This document shows positions 1-11,360 of a stretch of 64,000 bases of DNA, one piece after another. The stretch is from Octopus vulgaris (Eukaryota), in the NCBI GenBank assembly GCA_951406725.2, contig OX597842.1, forward strand, positions 11,098,001-11,162,000. Reading direction: 5' to 3'. The first letter of the stretch is position 1. Every line of letters begins with the position of its first letter. A model generated the notes under the pieces. That model was not told the origin of the DNA, did no database searches, and worked only from the letters and a program-made list of their open reading frames with translations. Position numbers and translations under genes: made by a program.

Positions 1-1486
1 TTTGCATTATGTAGCTTGTTATTCTCTTTAAGGGAACATTTTTCTGGTTGAAATACACCGAGAAATGGCGACACAGCAGTCAAACTACCGTAAAAAATGG
101 ATATTTTCGTAGAAAAAAAATCACTTTCTTTATGTAAATAATTTTTGGTCTTAACATGGTTCGATTTGAATGTTATCTACTACGGAAGGAAGAGCAAGCC
201 TTCTTCTATCATACTCTCAATTTTGGTCAACTTGTGCCGCAGGGTCTTGGAGGAGATAATGTTAGTTGAAGGCTACCAAACCTGCCACAGACATCCAACT
301 TCAGCTTTACATATATATAGACTAGCCGTATCGCCCGGCGTTGCGCAGGTTTGTTTCGACCCTTTAGAACTGGAATTTTTGAAAAGTAAAATTTTGCATT
401 ATGTAGCTTGTTATTCTCTTTAAGGGAACATTTTTCTGGTTGAAATACACCGAAAAATAGCGACACAGCAGTCAAAAAATCGTAAAAAATAGGGATTTTC
501 ATAGAAAAAAAAAACCTTTTTGATGTAAATAATTTTTGGTGTTAACATGGTCCGATTTGAATTTTATCTTCTACAGAAGGAAGAGCAAGCCTTCTTCTAT
601 CATACTCTCAATTCTGGTCAACTTCCGCCGAAGGGTCTCGGAGGAGATAGTGTTAGTTGAAGGCTACCAAACCTGCCTCACACAGACAACTTCAGCTTTA
701 CATATATATAGACTAGCCGTATCGCCCGGCGTTGCGCGGGTTTGTTTCGACCCTTTAGAACTGGAATTTTTGAAAAGTAAAAGTTTGCATTATGTAGCTT
801 GTTATTCTCTTTAAGAGAACATTTTTCTGGTTGAAATACACCGAAAAATAGTGACACAGCAGTCGAAAAATGGCGACACAGCTGTCAAAAAATCGTAAAA
901 TATAGGGATTTTCATAGAAAAAAAGCACCTTTTTTCTTGTTAACATGGTCCGATTTGATATTTTTCTTCTATGGAATGAAGAGCAAGCCTTCTTCTATCA
1001 TACTCTCAATTTTGGTCAACTTGCGCAGCAGGGTCTCAGAGGAGACAGTGTTAGTTTGAAGGCTACCAAACCTGCCATACACAGACAACTTCAGCTTTAT
1101 ATATATAGACTAGCAGTATCGCCCGGCGTTGCGCGGATTTGTTTCAACCCTTTAGAATTGGTATTTTTGAAAAGTAAAAGTTTGCATTATGTAGCTTGTT
1201 ATTCTCTTTAAGAGAACATTTTTCTGGTTGAAATACACCGAAAAATGGCGACACAGCAGTCAAGAAATCGTAAAAAATAGGGATTTTTATAGAAAAAAAT
1301 CACATTTTTTCGTGTTAACATGGTCCGATTTGAATTTTATCTTCTACGGAAGGAAGAGCAAGCCTTCTTCTATCATACTCTCAATTTTGGTCAACTTGTG
1401 CTGCAGGGTCTTGGAGGAGATAGTGTTAGTTTGAAGGCTACCAAACCTGCCATACACAGACAACTTCAGCTTTATATAGAAAAAGA
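1..1486 (-). mobile_element. Head-to-tail tandem array (>=4 units, ~370-400 bp) of a non-autonomous Helitron
   Basis: Units are ..321, 322-712, 713-1109 and 1110-~1486. On the minus strand each starts TCtatatat and ends with a GC-rich hairpin (cccgcgcaacgccgggcg) followed by CTAG. Junctions read CTAG|TC with no spacer. Confidence 0.8.
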
Positions 1487-2324
1487 TTCCTGTCGTCGGC
1501 GTCCTTATTGGAGCAATTATGCATCGTTATTGCTCTTATCGTCCCAGTCGCTATTATTGTTGTGTTTGTTGTTGTTGTTAATACTTTATTCAATATTACA
1601 CACATTTCGCTGCGTCGCTGTTAAAAATGTCCGCAGTACAATCGTTTTTTTTTTTTCTTGTCTTCCGTTTATCGAATCGGTCATGTTTGTGCATTTAACG
1701 AGAATGCTTTCTCAGTGTTTTTCTTGTTCTATACAAAATTTTCTGTTTATTATTAAATATGGGAGAGCGAGGGCGAGAGAGAGAGAGAAGCCGTGGGAAG
1801 GGGTCCCTCCTTATGTTCTCCTTTTTCTTTTAGTTTTCTCGTTTCTGTTCGCTTGCAGGCGCCATCTTTGTTGGTTGTCTGTCAACAAGATGGAAAACTA
1901 AATATTCTTACGAAACGGACATTAAAACAATTCTTCCCTATCAGGAAATGTGTCTCTGCACTTTGGAAAAAAAAATGGGTTTCTTGAGAAACGCTGCAAC
2001 ACAAGGATCTCCCCCCACCCGCCGCGCCACTCCCCCGCGAAAACATTAATGAATGAAGAACGAAAAGAATAACGAATAAAGGAGCGAATTTTATCCGGTA
2101 AAAACAGGGGGCAGTGATTCCAGCAGCAGCAGCAGCTTCGGGACTGGCAACGAGGGGTCTTTGGGGCCAAAGCAACAACAACAACAGCAACAATAACAAC
2201 AATAAAAATTATGATTTTAACGATGAAGAGGATGATGATCGTGATGATGATGATGACGATGATGATGATTCTTTCCAATTTTGGCACAGGGTTAGTATTT
2301 TTGAGACAAGGGAGATTAATTGAA

Positions 2325-2445
2325 CATTAATAATAACAATGATAATAATAATAATAATAATAATAATAATTATAATAATAATAATAATAATAACAATAAT
2401 AATAATAATTATTATTATTATAACAACAAGAACAACAACAACAAC

Positions 2446-2513
<68 letters not shown>

Positions 2514-2533
2514 CAACAACAATAATAATAATA
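2325..2533. repeat. (AAT/AAC)n microsatellite
   Basis: Direct reading; forms the 5' flank of the RLE retrotransposon. Confidence 0.95.
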
Positions 2534-3568
2534 AGAGCAAAACAAAAAACTGTTCTCAGTATTTAAGGAAGCTGACAAATACAAACAAGAAATCATACCA
2601 CCTAATAAACATGAAGAAGAAGAAGAAGATGGAGAAACAACAAAAGCTATAAAACAAATGAAATCCAAACTAAAAAATAGAACAGCAACGAACCATGATA
2701 AAACGATGGCAAGAAAAGCCCCTTCATGGTAAATACTGGACTAAACTAAACGCAAAAGAAATAGACAAAGAAAAATCCCAGCAATGGTTGAGAAGCTCAG
2801 GACTCAAAGCAGAGACAGAGGGATTTTTAATTGCAGCACAAGACCAAAGCCTCCCCACCAGAAATTACCAAAAACATGTAATGAAAAGAAATATTACAAG
2901 TAACTGCAGAATATGTGGAGATGGACAAGAAACAATAAATCATATTATCTCTAGCTGCCCAGTCCTGGCTAAGAAGGAATATATTCACAGACATGACAGA
3001 GTTGGAACCTACATACACTGGAAGCTGTGCCAACATTATGGAATAACAACAGAAAAAAGATGGTATAGGCACACACCAGAAAAGGTCACAGAAAACGAGA
3101 AAGCAAACATACTCTTGTATATGCCAATACACACAGATAGAGAAATTAAGGCCAACAGACCATATATAGTTGTCAGAGATCATGAAGAAAAAAAATGCTT
3201 TCTAATTGATGTATCAATACCGGCAGATGACAACGTGTCTCTAAAAGAAATGGAGAAACTCTCAAAATACAAAGACCTGGAAATAGAGGTAACTAGAATG
3301 TGGAATCTGGAAATAGAAACAATTCCTATCATAGAAGGTGCATTAGGCATGATAAAAAAATATTCAGACAAATACATAACAAAAACATCAGGACTTACAA
3401 ATACATATAACATACAGAAAATTGCACTACTAGACACTGCACACATCCTACGCAGAACACTTTCCATACAATAACCATCAGAGCATCACAACAAATCACA
3501 GCACATACCTAAGGCACACAGAGCTGTGCTCGGTAGTGAAGTGAAAGCACGCTATAAAAATAAAACTA

Positions 3569-3572
<4 letters not shown>
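2534..3572 (+). mobile_element. 5'-truncated R4/Dong-like non-LTR retrotransposon (C-terminal zinc knuckle, restriction-like endonuclease, 3' UTR)
   Basis: ORF 2695-3474 has the CCHC knuckle CRICGDGQETINHIISSC, RHD, and PD..D..K endonuclease motifs (RPYIVV..LIDVSIP..KLSKYKDL..GALG). Flanked on both sides by (AAT)n. The same 3' end recurs at 26013-26447. Confidence 0.85.
2695..3474 (+). pseudogene. Truncated retrotransposon ORF C-terminus; catalytic PD appears mutated to PY
   Basis: 259-aa open frame with no RT domain and a frameshift just upstream. The second copy reads aggccggatata (RPDI) where this one reads agaccatatata (RPYI). Confidence 0.8.
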
Positions 3573-3642
<70 letters not shown>

Positions 3643-3644
<2 letters not shown>

Positions 3645-3856
3645 GCAAATTTTGGCAGAAGTCCAGCAAGTTCCAGGAAGGGAGCAAGACGATTAAATCG
3701 AACCCCAGTGCATGACTGGTACTTATTTTTATCGACCTCAAAACGGATGAAAGGCAAAATCGGCCTAGGCGGAATTTGAACTCTGAACGTAAAGATCGAA
3801 GAAATTGCACTAAACATTTTGCTGGCTGTGCGAACGACTGTGCCAGTTCACCGCCC
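3643..3856 (-). mobile_element. SINE family B (tRNA-like head plus Meta-type central domain), diverged
   Basis: Matches the many copies carrying ctggtact..tttatcgacc.cgaaaggatgaaaggcaaagtcgacctcggcggaatttgaactc. Confidence 0.8.
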
Positions 3857-3867
3857 GAGGATACAGG

Positions 3868-4095
3868 AGAAGACACTTGCTCAAGGTGCCACGCAGTGGG
3901 ACTGAACCCGGAACCAAATGACTATCGAAGTATAACCAAGTTATTCTTTTATTTGTTCCAGTCATTTGATTGCGGCCATTCTAGAGCGCCGCCTTTAGTC
4001 GAACAAATAGCCGAACCGCTAAGTTACGCGGACGTAAACACACTAACATTGGTTGTCAAGCGATGGTGGGGGGACAAACACAGTCACACATACAT
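3868..4095 (-). mobile_element. SINE family A fragments
   Basis: Head piece agaagacacttgc..gtgggactgaacccggaacc and tail piece cagtcatttga..ttgtcaagcg..gacaaacac. Confidence 0.75.
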
Positions 4096-4465
4096 ATATA
4101 TCACACCACATCACAACACCCCACACCACCCCACACGCACTAGTTCTGACCACTTCCTAGCAACCACACCGCACCATCATCTACACATCCACACACCATC
4201 AGACACACACACATTACAGACGCATACACTTACACACGCACACATCCACACATCAAAGTCACTAGCCTCTAACCGCACACACGCTTACACACTCTCACAT
4301 ACTCACACGCACGCGCACCTCCATTTTCGGATCACCAGTACTTTATTATCTCCACTTGTTCCTAGCTCTCCTGTCCAACTACCTTTTTCCAAACAGTCGC
4401 TAGGTTTGACCTCTAAATCCACAAGTTTTTTTTTCATTATTCTCTCTGTTTATTTCATCGTGTTC

Positions 4466-4527
4466 TTTTCTGCTGAAGAGCGTAGGCTCGAAATGTAAAA
4501 ACTTTCTCACCTTTCCCAGCGTCAAAC
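4466..4527 (+). ncRNA. Degenerate type I hammerhead-like motif (extra-nucleotide family)
   Basis: CTGCTGA-a-GAGC(gtag)GCTC-GAAA-tgt...gcg-TC; A6 is replaced by C; stem I is short (ttt/aaa). Confidence 0.5.
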
Positions 4528-4694
4528 TAATACACCTACCTGTTCATTATACACCTGTCTTCGTCTTTTGCTTTTCGGTAAATTTCAACTATACACACAC
4601 ACACACACATATATACATACATATATACATACATATATGATAGGTCGCTAGCCACTACACATTCTTTATTTTATCTCCTTGTTTCTTTGTGTTC

Positions 4695-4757
4695 TTTTCT
4701 GTGGAAGAGCATAGACTCAAAACGTTAAAGACTTTTTCTACTTCCTGAGCGTTAAAC
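4695..4757 (+). ncRNA. Degenerate hammerhead-like motif, paralog of 4466-4527
   Basis: CTGTGGA-a-GAGC(atag)ACTC-AAAA-cgtt...agcg-TT; several core mutations, so probably inactive. Confidence 0.4.
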
Positions 4758-4787
4758 TAATACATCTGCTTGTTGTTTATACATCAG

Positions 4788-4845
<58 letters not shown>

Positions 4846-4912
4846 CATATATGTATATATGTATGTATGTATACACACACACACACGCACACACACACAC
4901 ATACACACTCTC

Positions 4913-5000
4913 TTACTTTCCTGATGAGAAGATTGCATTTTACACCGTTTATTCCTTTGGAATAAAACCATGCTGTCTTCGAAACATATGTCGAAAGCAA
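4913..5000 (+). ncRNA. Type I hammerhead ribozyme with canonical core
   Basis: Stem I ctttc (4916-20) pairs with gaaag (4993-97). CTGATGA is at 4921-27. Stem II is gaagat...gtcttc with an inner hairpin tttattcc-ttt-ggaataaa. GAAA is at 4981-84, followed by palindromic stem III catatg and a GUC cleavage triplet ending at 4992. Confidence 0.8.
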
Positions 5001-5048
5001 AAGGATTTTATTAACATCTTCGTTCAACTCCATTTATTTATCACACAT

Positions 5049-5172
<124 letters not shown>

Positions 5173-5193
5173 GTATATATACATATACATATA

Positions 5194-5360
5194 TACGACG
5201 AGCTTCTTTCAGTTTCCATCTACCAAATCCACTCACAAGGCTTTGGTCGGCCCGAAGCTATAGTACAAAACGCTAACTCAAGGTGCCACGCAGTGGGACT
5301 GAACCCGGAACCATGCATGCTGGAAAGCCAGCTTCTTACCACACACCCACTCCAGCGCCT
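5194..5360 (-). mobile_element. SINE family A, head half
   Basis: Reverse complement of aggcgc.ggagtgg..gtgtggtaag..ggttcagtcccactgcgtggcacc..gaaactgaaagaagc.cgtcgta. Confidence 0.85.
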
Positions 5361-5399
5361 ATAGCAGATAAATTCTAACAACAAACTCTTATTTGGACC

Positions 5400-5890
5400 G
5401 TGAGGGGTTATATGGATAGCAGTTGAGAAGAATTAAGTGCAAATATGCAGAAAGGGCAAAACCTTGAAATAATTGAGAATGACATGGCAAAGATATTTTG
5501 GAATGAAATGGTTGGATGTGATCATGAAATTGGATATGGAAAGCCAGATATAATGATTTTGAATAAAGAGAAGAAGGCCCATTTAATCATAGATATTGCA
5601 TTCTCTGGTGATGAGAGAAATGGGAAGAAGAGAAGTGGGACTGATACGAAGATTGGAAATGGGAGATGAAAAGGGACGGGATCGTGGAAGAAGGTAAACG
5701 TTGAACCTGTTGTTGCTGTTGTTGTTGTTTGTGTTGTTTTTGTTATTGGCGTCTTGGGAGCTATAAGTACGAGGTTTTACAAACCGGATTGAAAAGGTAG
5801 GAGTCACTGCGAAAATAGAAAATACAGCATCGACAGAAAGTAGCGTTGGTTTCGAAATATAGAAATCCGTCGCAGAGTTCTTCAAATCCG
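5400..5890 (+). mobile_element. Degenerate RLE-type non-LTR retrotransposon 3' fragment (older relative of 2534-3572)
   Basis: Translation IIENDMAKIFW..HEIGYGKPDIMILNKEKKAHLIIDIAFSGDER parallels ENEKANIL..RPDIVV..CFLIDVSIPADD; a VIGVLG-like motif follows near 5745; frameshifted. Confidence 0.65.
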
Positions 5891-5914
5891 AATGAACAGT
5901 TTTACATTTCTGCG

Positions 5915-6022
5915 CGAAATATAAACAGTAGCTGCAATACATCGTGAAGTATATTTGCCACCTAAATGGGGCTAACCCTTAAGGGTTGATGCTACTTTAG
6001 CTTGTAGCTACAAGCTAAAGTA
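5915..6022. repeat. Truncated terminal copy of the 6.7-7.36 kb fold-back element, ending in a perfect 30-bp palindrome
   Basis: tataaacagt.gctgca..gaagtatatttgccacctaaatg..aacccttaagggttgatgctact is shared with 6680-6770. Palindrome tactttagcttgtag|ctacaagctaaagta at 5993-6022. Confidence 0.8.
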
Positions 6023-6034
6023 TATATATATATA

Positions 6035-6279
6035 CCGTATTTGACGGCATATTAGACGCACTGGCATATTAGACGCACCCTCATTTCAGCAGGTCAAATT
6101 CAGGAAAAATAGTTTTAAGTGTATTTAAGCATATATTGTTGAAAGCAGTCTAGCAGCAGATTACAAAAGCAGAAAACATTGCTGTATAAAAGCAAGCATA
6201 CAAAAGGAAAGCATGCAAATTACAATAGTAATCATCTTTAATCATCTTTTTAACCATTCGTATTTTAAATTAATAATAC

Positions 6280-6367
<88 letters not shown>

Positions 6368-6570
6368 AGCAATAAAATAATGATGCATGAGTACGGAAAA
6401 TATCATTAAGGCGTTAGCGTAGGTAGAAATACTTATCGTAAGCTAGGTTAGTGAGCGTCTGGGAGAAGATTAGCCTACGGGAGGGTCTTGACTTCGCATA
6501 TTAGACGCAGGGCGATTTTTTTAGCCAAATTTTTTGGAAAAAAGTGCGTCCTATATACCGTCAAATACGG
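6035..6570. mobile_element. MITE of Tc1/mariner superfamily (Tc2/pogo-like ends) in a (TA)n tract
   Basis: 27-bp TIRs ccgtatttgacggcatattagacgcac / gtgcgtcctatataccgtcaaatacgg with TA on both sides; subterminal repeats gcatattagacgca; no ORF. Confidence 0.85.
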
Positions 6571-6668
<98 letters not shown>

Positions 6669-6871
6669 CTCTGAGCGAGGTATAAACAGTCGCTGCATGA
6701 CATGGGGAAGTATATTTTCCACCTAAATGTGGCTAACCCTTAAGGGTTGATGCTACTGTAGCTTGTAGCCTCAGGAAGGCATCTCCTCCAGCTGGCTATT
6801 GAAAAGCTTTGTGTGTCCTATGAATATTTGCAAAGGGTAGTAATTATTCCCATCTCCAGCCTGACGTGATA

Positions 6872-6916
6872 CACACGGACCCGAGTTTCAGGGTATTGAC
6901 CCGTCGTCAGCGAGTG
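6872..6916 (-). ncRNA. Minimal type I hammerhead ribozyme motif
   Basis: Minus strand reads cactcg-CTGACGA-cggg(tcaata)ccct-GAAA-ctcggg-TC-cgtgtg. Confidence 0.65.
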
Positions 6917-7149
6917 ACAACCACCGGTTGTCGATGTGAAGTGGTTGCATCGTATCAGGTCAGGCTGGACATAGGAAGGATGGCTTCCCTTTGCATATTC
7001 TGTAGGTTGTATCCCCAGGAAGGCATCTACACCAGCTGGCTATTGACACTATCTGCGCCCTATCAGTATTTGCAAAGGGAAGCTATGCTTCCCATCTCCA
7101 GCCTGACCTGATACAATGTAACCACTTCACATCGACAACCGGTGGTTCT

Positions 7150-7194
7150 CACACGCTGATGAAGGGTCAATAACCAGAAACTCGGGTCCGTGTG
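7150..7194 (+). ncRNA. Minimal type I hammerhead ribozyme motif
   Basis: cacacg-CTGATGA-agggtcaataacca-GAAA-ctcggg-TC-cgtgtg. Stem I is a perfect 6 bp. The consensus of the two copies gives stem II aggg/ccct. Confidence 0.7.
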
Positions 7195-7419
7195 TATCAC
7201 GTCAGGCAGGAGATAGGAACGATGACTTCTCTTTGCAAATACTGATAGGGCACAGAAAGTGTGTCAATAGCCAGCTGGAGTTGTTTTCCTAGGGATACAA
7301 ACGACAGTAGCATCAACCCTTAAAGATTAACTACATTTAGGTGGCAAATATACTTCACGAAGTTTTACATTTGTCCACTGGTTGTGGACAGCAGCCGCTT
7401 TGATACATGCCCCAATAAA

Positions 7420-7443
7420 ATAACAACAACAACAACAATAATG

Positions 7444-7504
<61 letters not shown>

Positions 7505-8104
7505 TAATAATAATAATAATAATAATAATCATCATCACCATCATCATCATCATCATCATCACCATCGTCATCATCCTCATCATCATCATCATGATCATCA
7601 TCATCGTCACCATCATCATCATTGGCATCATTAACATCATCATCCTCATCATTATCATCATCATCATCGTCATCATCGTCATCATCATCATCCTCATCAT
7701 CATCATCATCGTCATCGTCATAATGATTAAAGATTAATAAACAAGGATCCAAAAACAACATTTTCTATTATTATTATTATTATTATTATTTTTCTTCTCC
7801 ATTTTGTCATTAAGTAATCCGAGATGATGTCGCCTCAGAACCGGAATTCTGTAAAACACGTGCGCCCACCGCGAACAACGATGATAATCCGAAGATCAAC
7901 AACAACAGCAGCAACAACAAGAATGATATTGTTCATTATGAAGCTTATGGTGATGATGATGATGCTGACGATAGTAATAATCATAAAAATAATAACAATA
8001 ATAAAAGTAATAATAATAATAATAATATTAATAATAATAATAATAATCATAATAATAATAATAATAATAATCATAAAATAATAATAATAATAATAATAAT
8101 AATG

Positions 8105-8144
<40 letters not shown>

Positions 8145-8154
8145 CAACAACAAC

Positions 8155-8193
<39 letters not shown>

Positions 8194-8198
8194 CATAA

Positions 8199-8237
<39 letters not shown>
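7420..8237. repeat. Compound (AAT)n/(CAT)n/(AAC)n microsatellites
   Basis: Direct reading. Confidence 0.9.
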
Positions 8238-8828
8238 TGTTGGGTGATGGCAATCATTGTTTCTTTATTTGCAGTAATGGCGACGAAATGATCGGAACGT
8301 GGTGGGGGAGGAGAGGGGCGGGCGAAATACGAAAAATGGAAAAAAAATAAAAAGAAATTATATTTTTAATGAATAAAATACGGTAAAAGCGTAATAAAAT
8401 GGATACAAATAACAACAATAAAGGAGAGCAGCTTGGAATGGAAGATCAGAAGATAGGGGAGTAAGAAGAGGTGGAGGTGGAAGCGCTGGAGTGACAGAGG
8501 CTGGAGAAGGCAAGCGGAGGTGATGACGGGCAGGTAGGGGGTGAGATAATGATATTTTTCCATAAATGAGAAATGGAAGTAAAAATATGATACGCCTTCC
8601 GAAAGATTGGTTACGGGATTGGAAGGTGAGCAAGACATGGGAACAAACACACGTGCGCACGCACACACATACATACACACATCAACATAGACATACACAT
8701 AACGAACTCACACGCATTAACACATATGTACGCGTTAACATACACGTACACATACTAACACATATACAAATACATAGATGTGGTTGTATGCATATATATA
8801 TATATATATATATGTATGTATATATATT

Positions 8829-8861
<33 letters not shown>

Positions 8862-9081
8862 CTAAATATATATATAAAGGCATGTATGTATATATATTTG
8901 TGTGTGTGTGTGAATGTATATATATATATATAAATATATATATAAAGGCATGTATGTATATATAGATATGTGTATGTATATATATATATATATATATGCA
9001 TATATATCTACACATATATATATATATAGATATGTATGCATATATATCTGTATATACATATATATATATATATACATATCC

Positions 9082-9113
<32 letters not shown>

Positions 9114-9285
9114 AATAAATGCGTATGTGTGTTTCGATTTTATGTGTGGGAAGACGAATATACGCATATGTATATGTGTACATACATGGCAACACACACA
9201 CTCATACACACACGCACACACATACATTTATATCTACAAGTACATACAATCTAGCTCGCACACACACACACACACACACACACAT

Positions 9286-9331
<46 letters not shown>

Positions 9332-9509
9332 GCACACACACACACACACACACACATGTATATATACGCATACAGGAAAACAAAACGACGTAGGCGAGAA
9401 TCGACATACATGTACATACACAGTACGAACCTAGACACACACTTCACTTGATTCAACATAAAGGGATCGTCAATATTAACGTTTCGTGCGCTGTCAACAA
9501 GATTATAAT

Positions 9510-10078
9510 CCTTTTTGCTATAAGAACAAGGCCTGAAATGTGGAGGAAGGGGTCTAGTTGTTTACCTCGTCCACAGTGCATAACTGGTACTTTAATTAAT
9601 CGACCCCGAAAGGATAAAAGTAAAGTCGACCAGAGCGAAATTTGAATTCAGAACGAAAAGACAGACGAAATAGCTATTTCTTTACTACCCACAAGGGGCT
9701 AAACACAGAGAGGACAAACAAGGACAGACAAACGGATTAAGTCAATTACATCGACTCCAGGGCATAACTGGTACTTAATTTATCGACCCCGAAAGGATAA
9801 AAGGTAAAGTCGACCTGGGCAAAATTTGAACTCACAACGTAAAGACAGCCGAAATAGCTATTTCTTTACTACCCACAAGGGGCTAAACAAAGAGAGGACA
9901 AACAAGGACAGACAAACGGATTAAGTCGATTATATCGACCCCAGTGCGTAACTGGTACTTTTATTTATCGACCCCGAAAGGATAAAAGGTAAAGTCGACC
10001 TCGGCGGAATTTGAACTCAGAACGTAACGGCAGACGAAATACGGCTACGCATTTCGACCGGCGTGCTAATGTTTCTGC

Positions 10079-10079
<1 letters not shown>
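9510..10079 (-). mobile_element. SINE family B with 3 tandem ~180-bp internal units
   Basis: Three repeats of the Meta-like block joined by tatttctttactacccacaaggggctaaacacagagaggacaaacaaggacagacaaacggattaag. Confidence 0.85.
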
Positions 10080-10129
<50 letters not shown>

Positions 10130-10132
<3 letters not shown>

Positions 10133-10472
10133 CTTTTACTCTTTTATTTGTTTCAGTCATTTGACTGCGGCCATGCTGGATCACTGCCTTTAGTCTCTCT
10201 TGCCGAACCGCTAGTTGACGGGGACCTAAACACACCAGCATCGGTTGTCAAGCAATGCTAGGGGAACAAACACAGACACACAAACACACACACATATATA
10301 CATATATACGACGGGCTTCTTTCAGTTTCCGTCTACTAAATCCACTCACAAGGCTTTGGTCGGCCGAAGGCTATAGTAGAAGACACTTGCCCAAGGTGCC
10401 ACGCAATGGGACTGAACCCGGAAACATATGGTTGTGAATAAAGTTTCTTTCCGCACAACCACGCCAGCGCCT
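10130..10472 (-). mobile_element. SINE family A with internal deletion
   Basis: Runs from tail ctcttttactctttta..cagtcatttgactgcggccatgctgga to head ..ccagcgcct. Confidence 0.85.
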
Positions 10473-10739
10473 ATTCTTTCGTAAATAATCGTACATTGTA
10501 ACTCGAGTTCCGAGAGCTTCGTGAATGGACACTTCCACGAAACTGATGGTTCTTAAGTCAGTGACTCCTGACTATAATCGAAAATAGTGTGTCTGTGTCT
10601 AGGCGTGAGTTTGCCCTCAATAATGCTTAACAACCGGTGTTCGTTAATTTATGGTCACCTAAGTTTTTGCTGTTAGTCAAAAGAGATCGATAGAATAAGT
10701 AACAGGTTTAAATCATGGTTTCTGTGGTATCGATGAGAC

Positions 10740-11014
10740 TACAGGATATTGTTACACATCGCTGGCCACAATGCGTTTTTATCGTTTTTTGCTATCGAAT
10801 GACTACAGCCCGCTGGCTAGGAGAGCAAGCCAACATGCTCCCCGGAAGGCTATTCCGTCACAGGGTGACCCACTTACAGCTGGATAGACTGGGCCAATAT
10901 CATATGAGGTGTTTTGATCAAGAATACAACGTGCTGCTTGGTCTGGGGTTCGAACCGAGGATCTAGCGACTATGGGTGTCATACTCTAACCACTCGTCCC
11001 CCGCGTCTTCCACT
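10740..11014 (-). mobile_element. tRNA-derived SINE family E (diverged)
   Basis: Minus strand has an A-box-like gggacgagtggttagag and B box ggttcgaaccc, then ttgtattcttgatcaaaacacc..ccagctgtaagtgggt. The tail gttacacatcgctggcc recurs at ~54760. Confidence 0.6.
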
Positions 11015-11304
11015 CCAGACTTGAGTAAAACATGTAACTACAGGCGGTCGATTTGTTCGAGCAAACGCTTCATAGCAATGCCCCAGCATGGCCACAGACA
11101 AAACCGTGAAGCAAGAGTTTTTTTTCAAAAATGACCATTCTTCTTTCAATTGTGACAAAAAGCACCGCCTTTTAGTATTTGCAAGCCTGGTACTTATTCT
11201 ATCGTAGAATTTTGCCGAACCGCTACGTTACGGGGAAATAAACACCTCAGCATCTGTTTTCAAGTGATGATATGAGGACAAACACAAACACATAGACACA
11301 TATT

Positions 11305-11360
<56 letters not shown>

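Larger units (their letters stand above)
6675..7360. mobile_element. Nested fold-back element carrying two hammerhead motifs of opposite polarity (probable non-autonomous Penelope-like pLTR)
   Basis: Inverted arms of ~295 bp at 6707-7002 and 7064-7356. An inner hairpin 7007-7114 / 7194-7300 encloses an ~80-nt loop containing the hammerhead. Confidence 0.7.

Noticed and set aside
1490-2170. Possible promoter or first exon (CpG-richer, cgccatctt YY1-like motif)
   Set aside because: Short motifs only; no supportable exon or transcript evidence.
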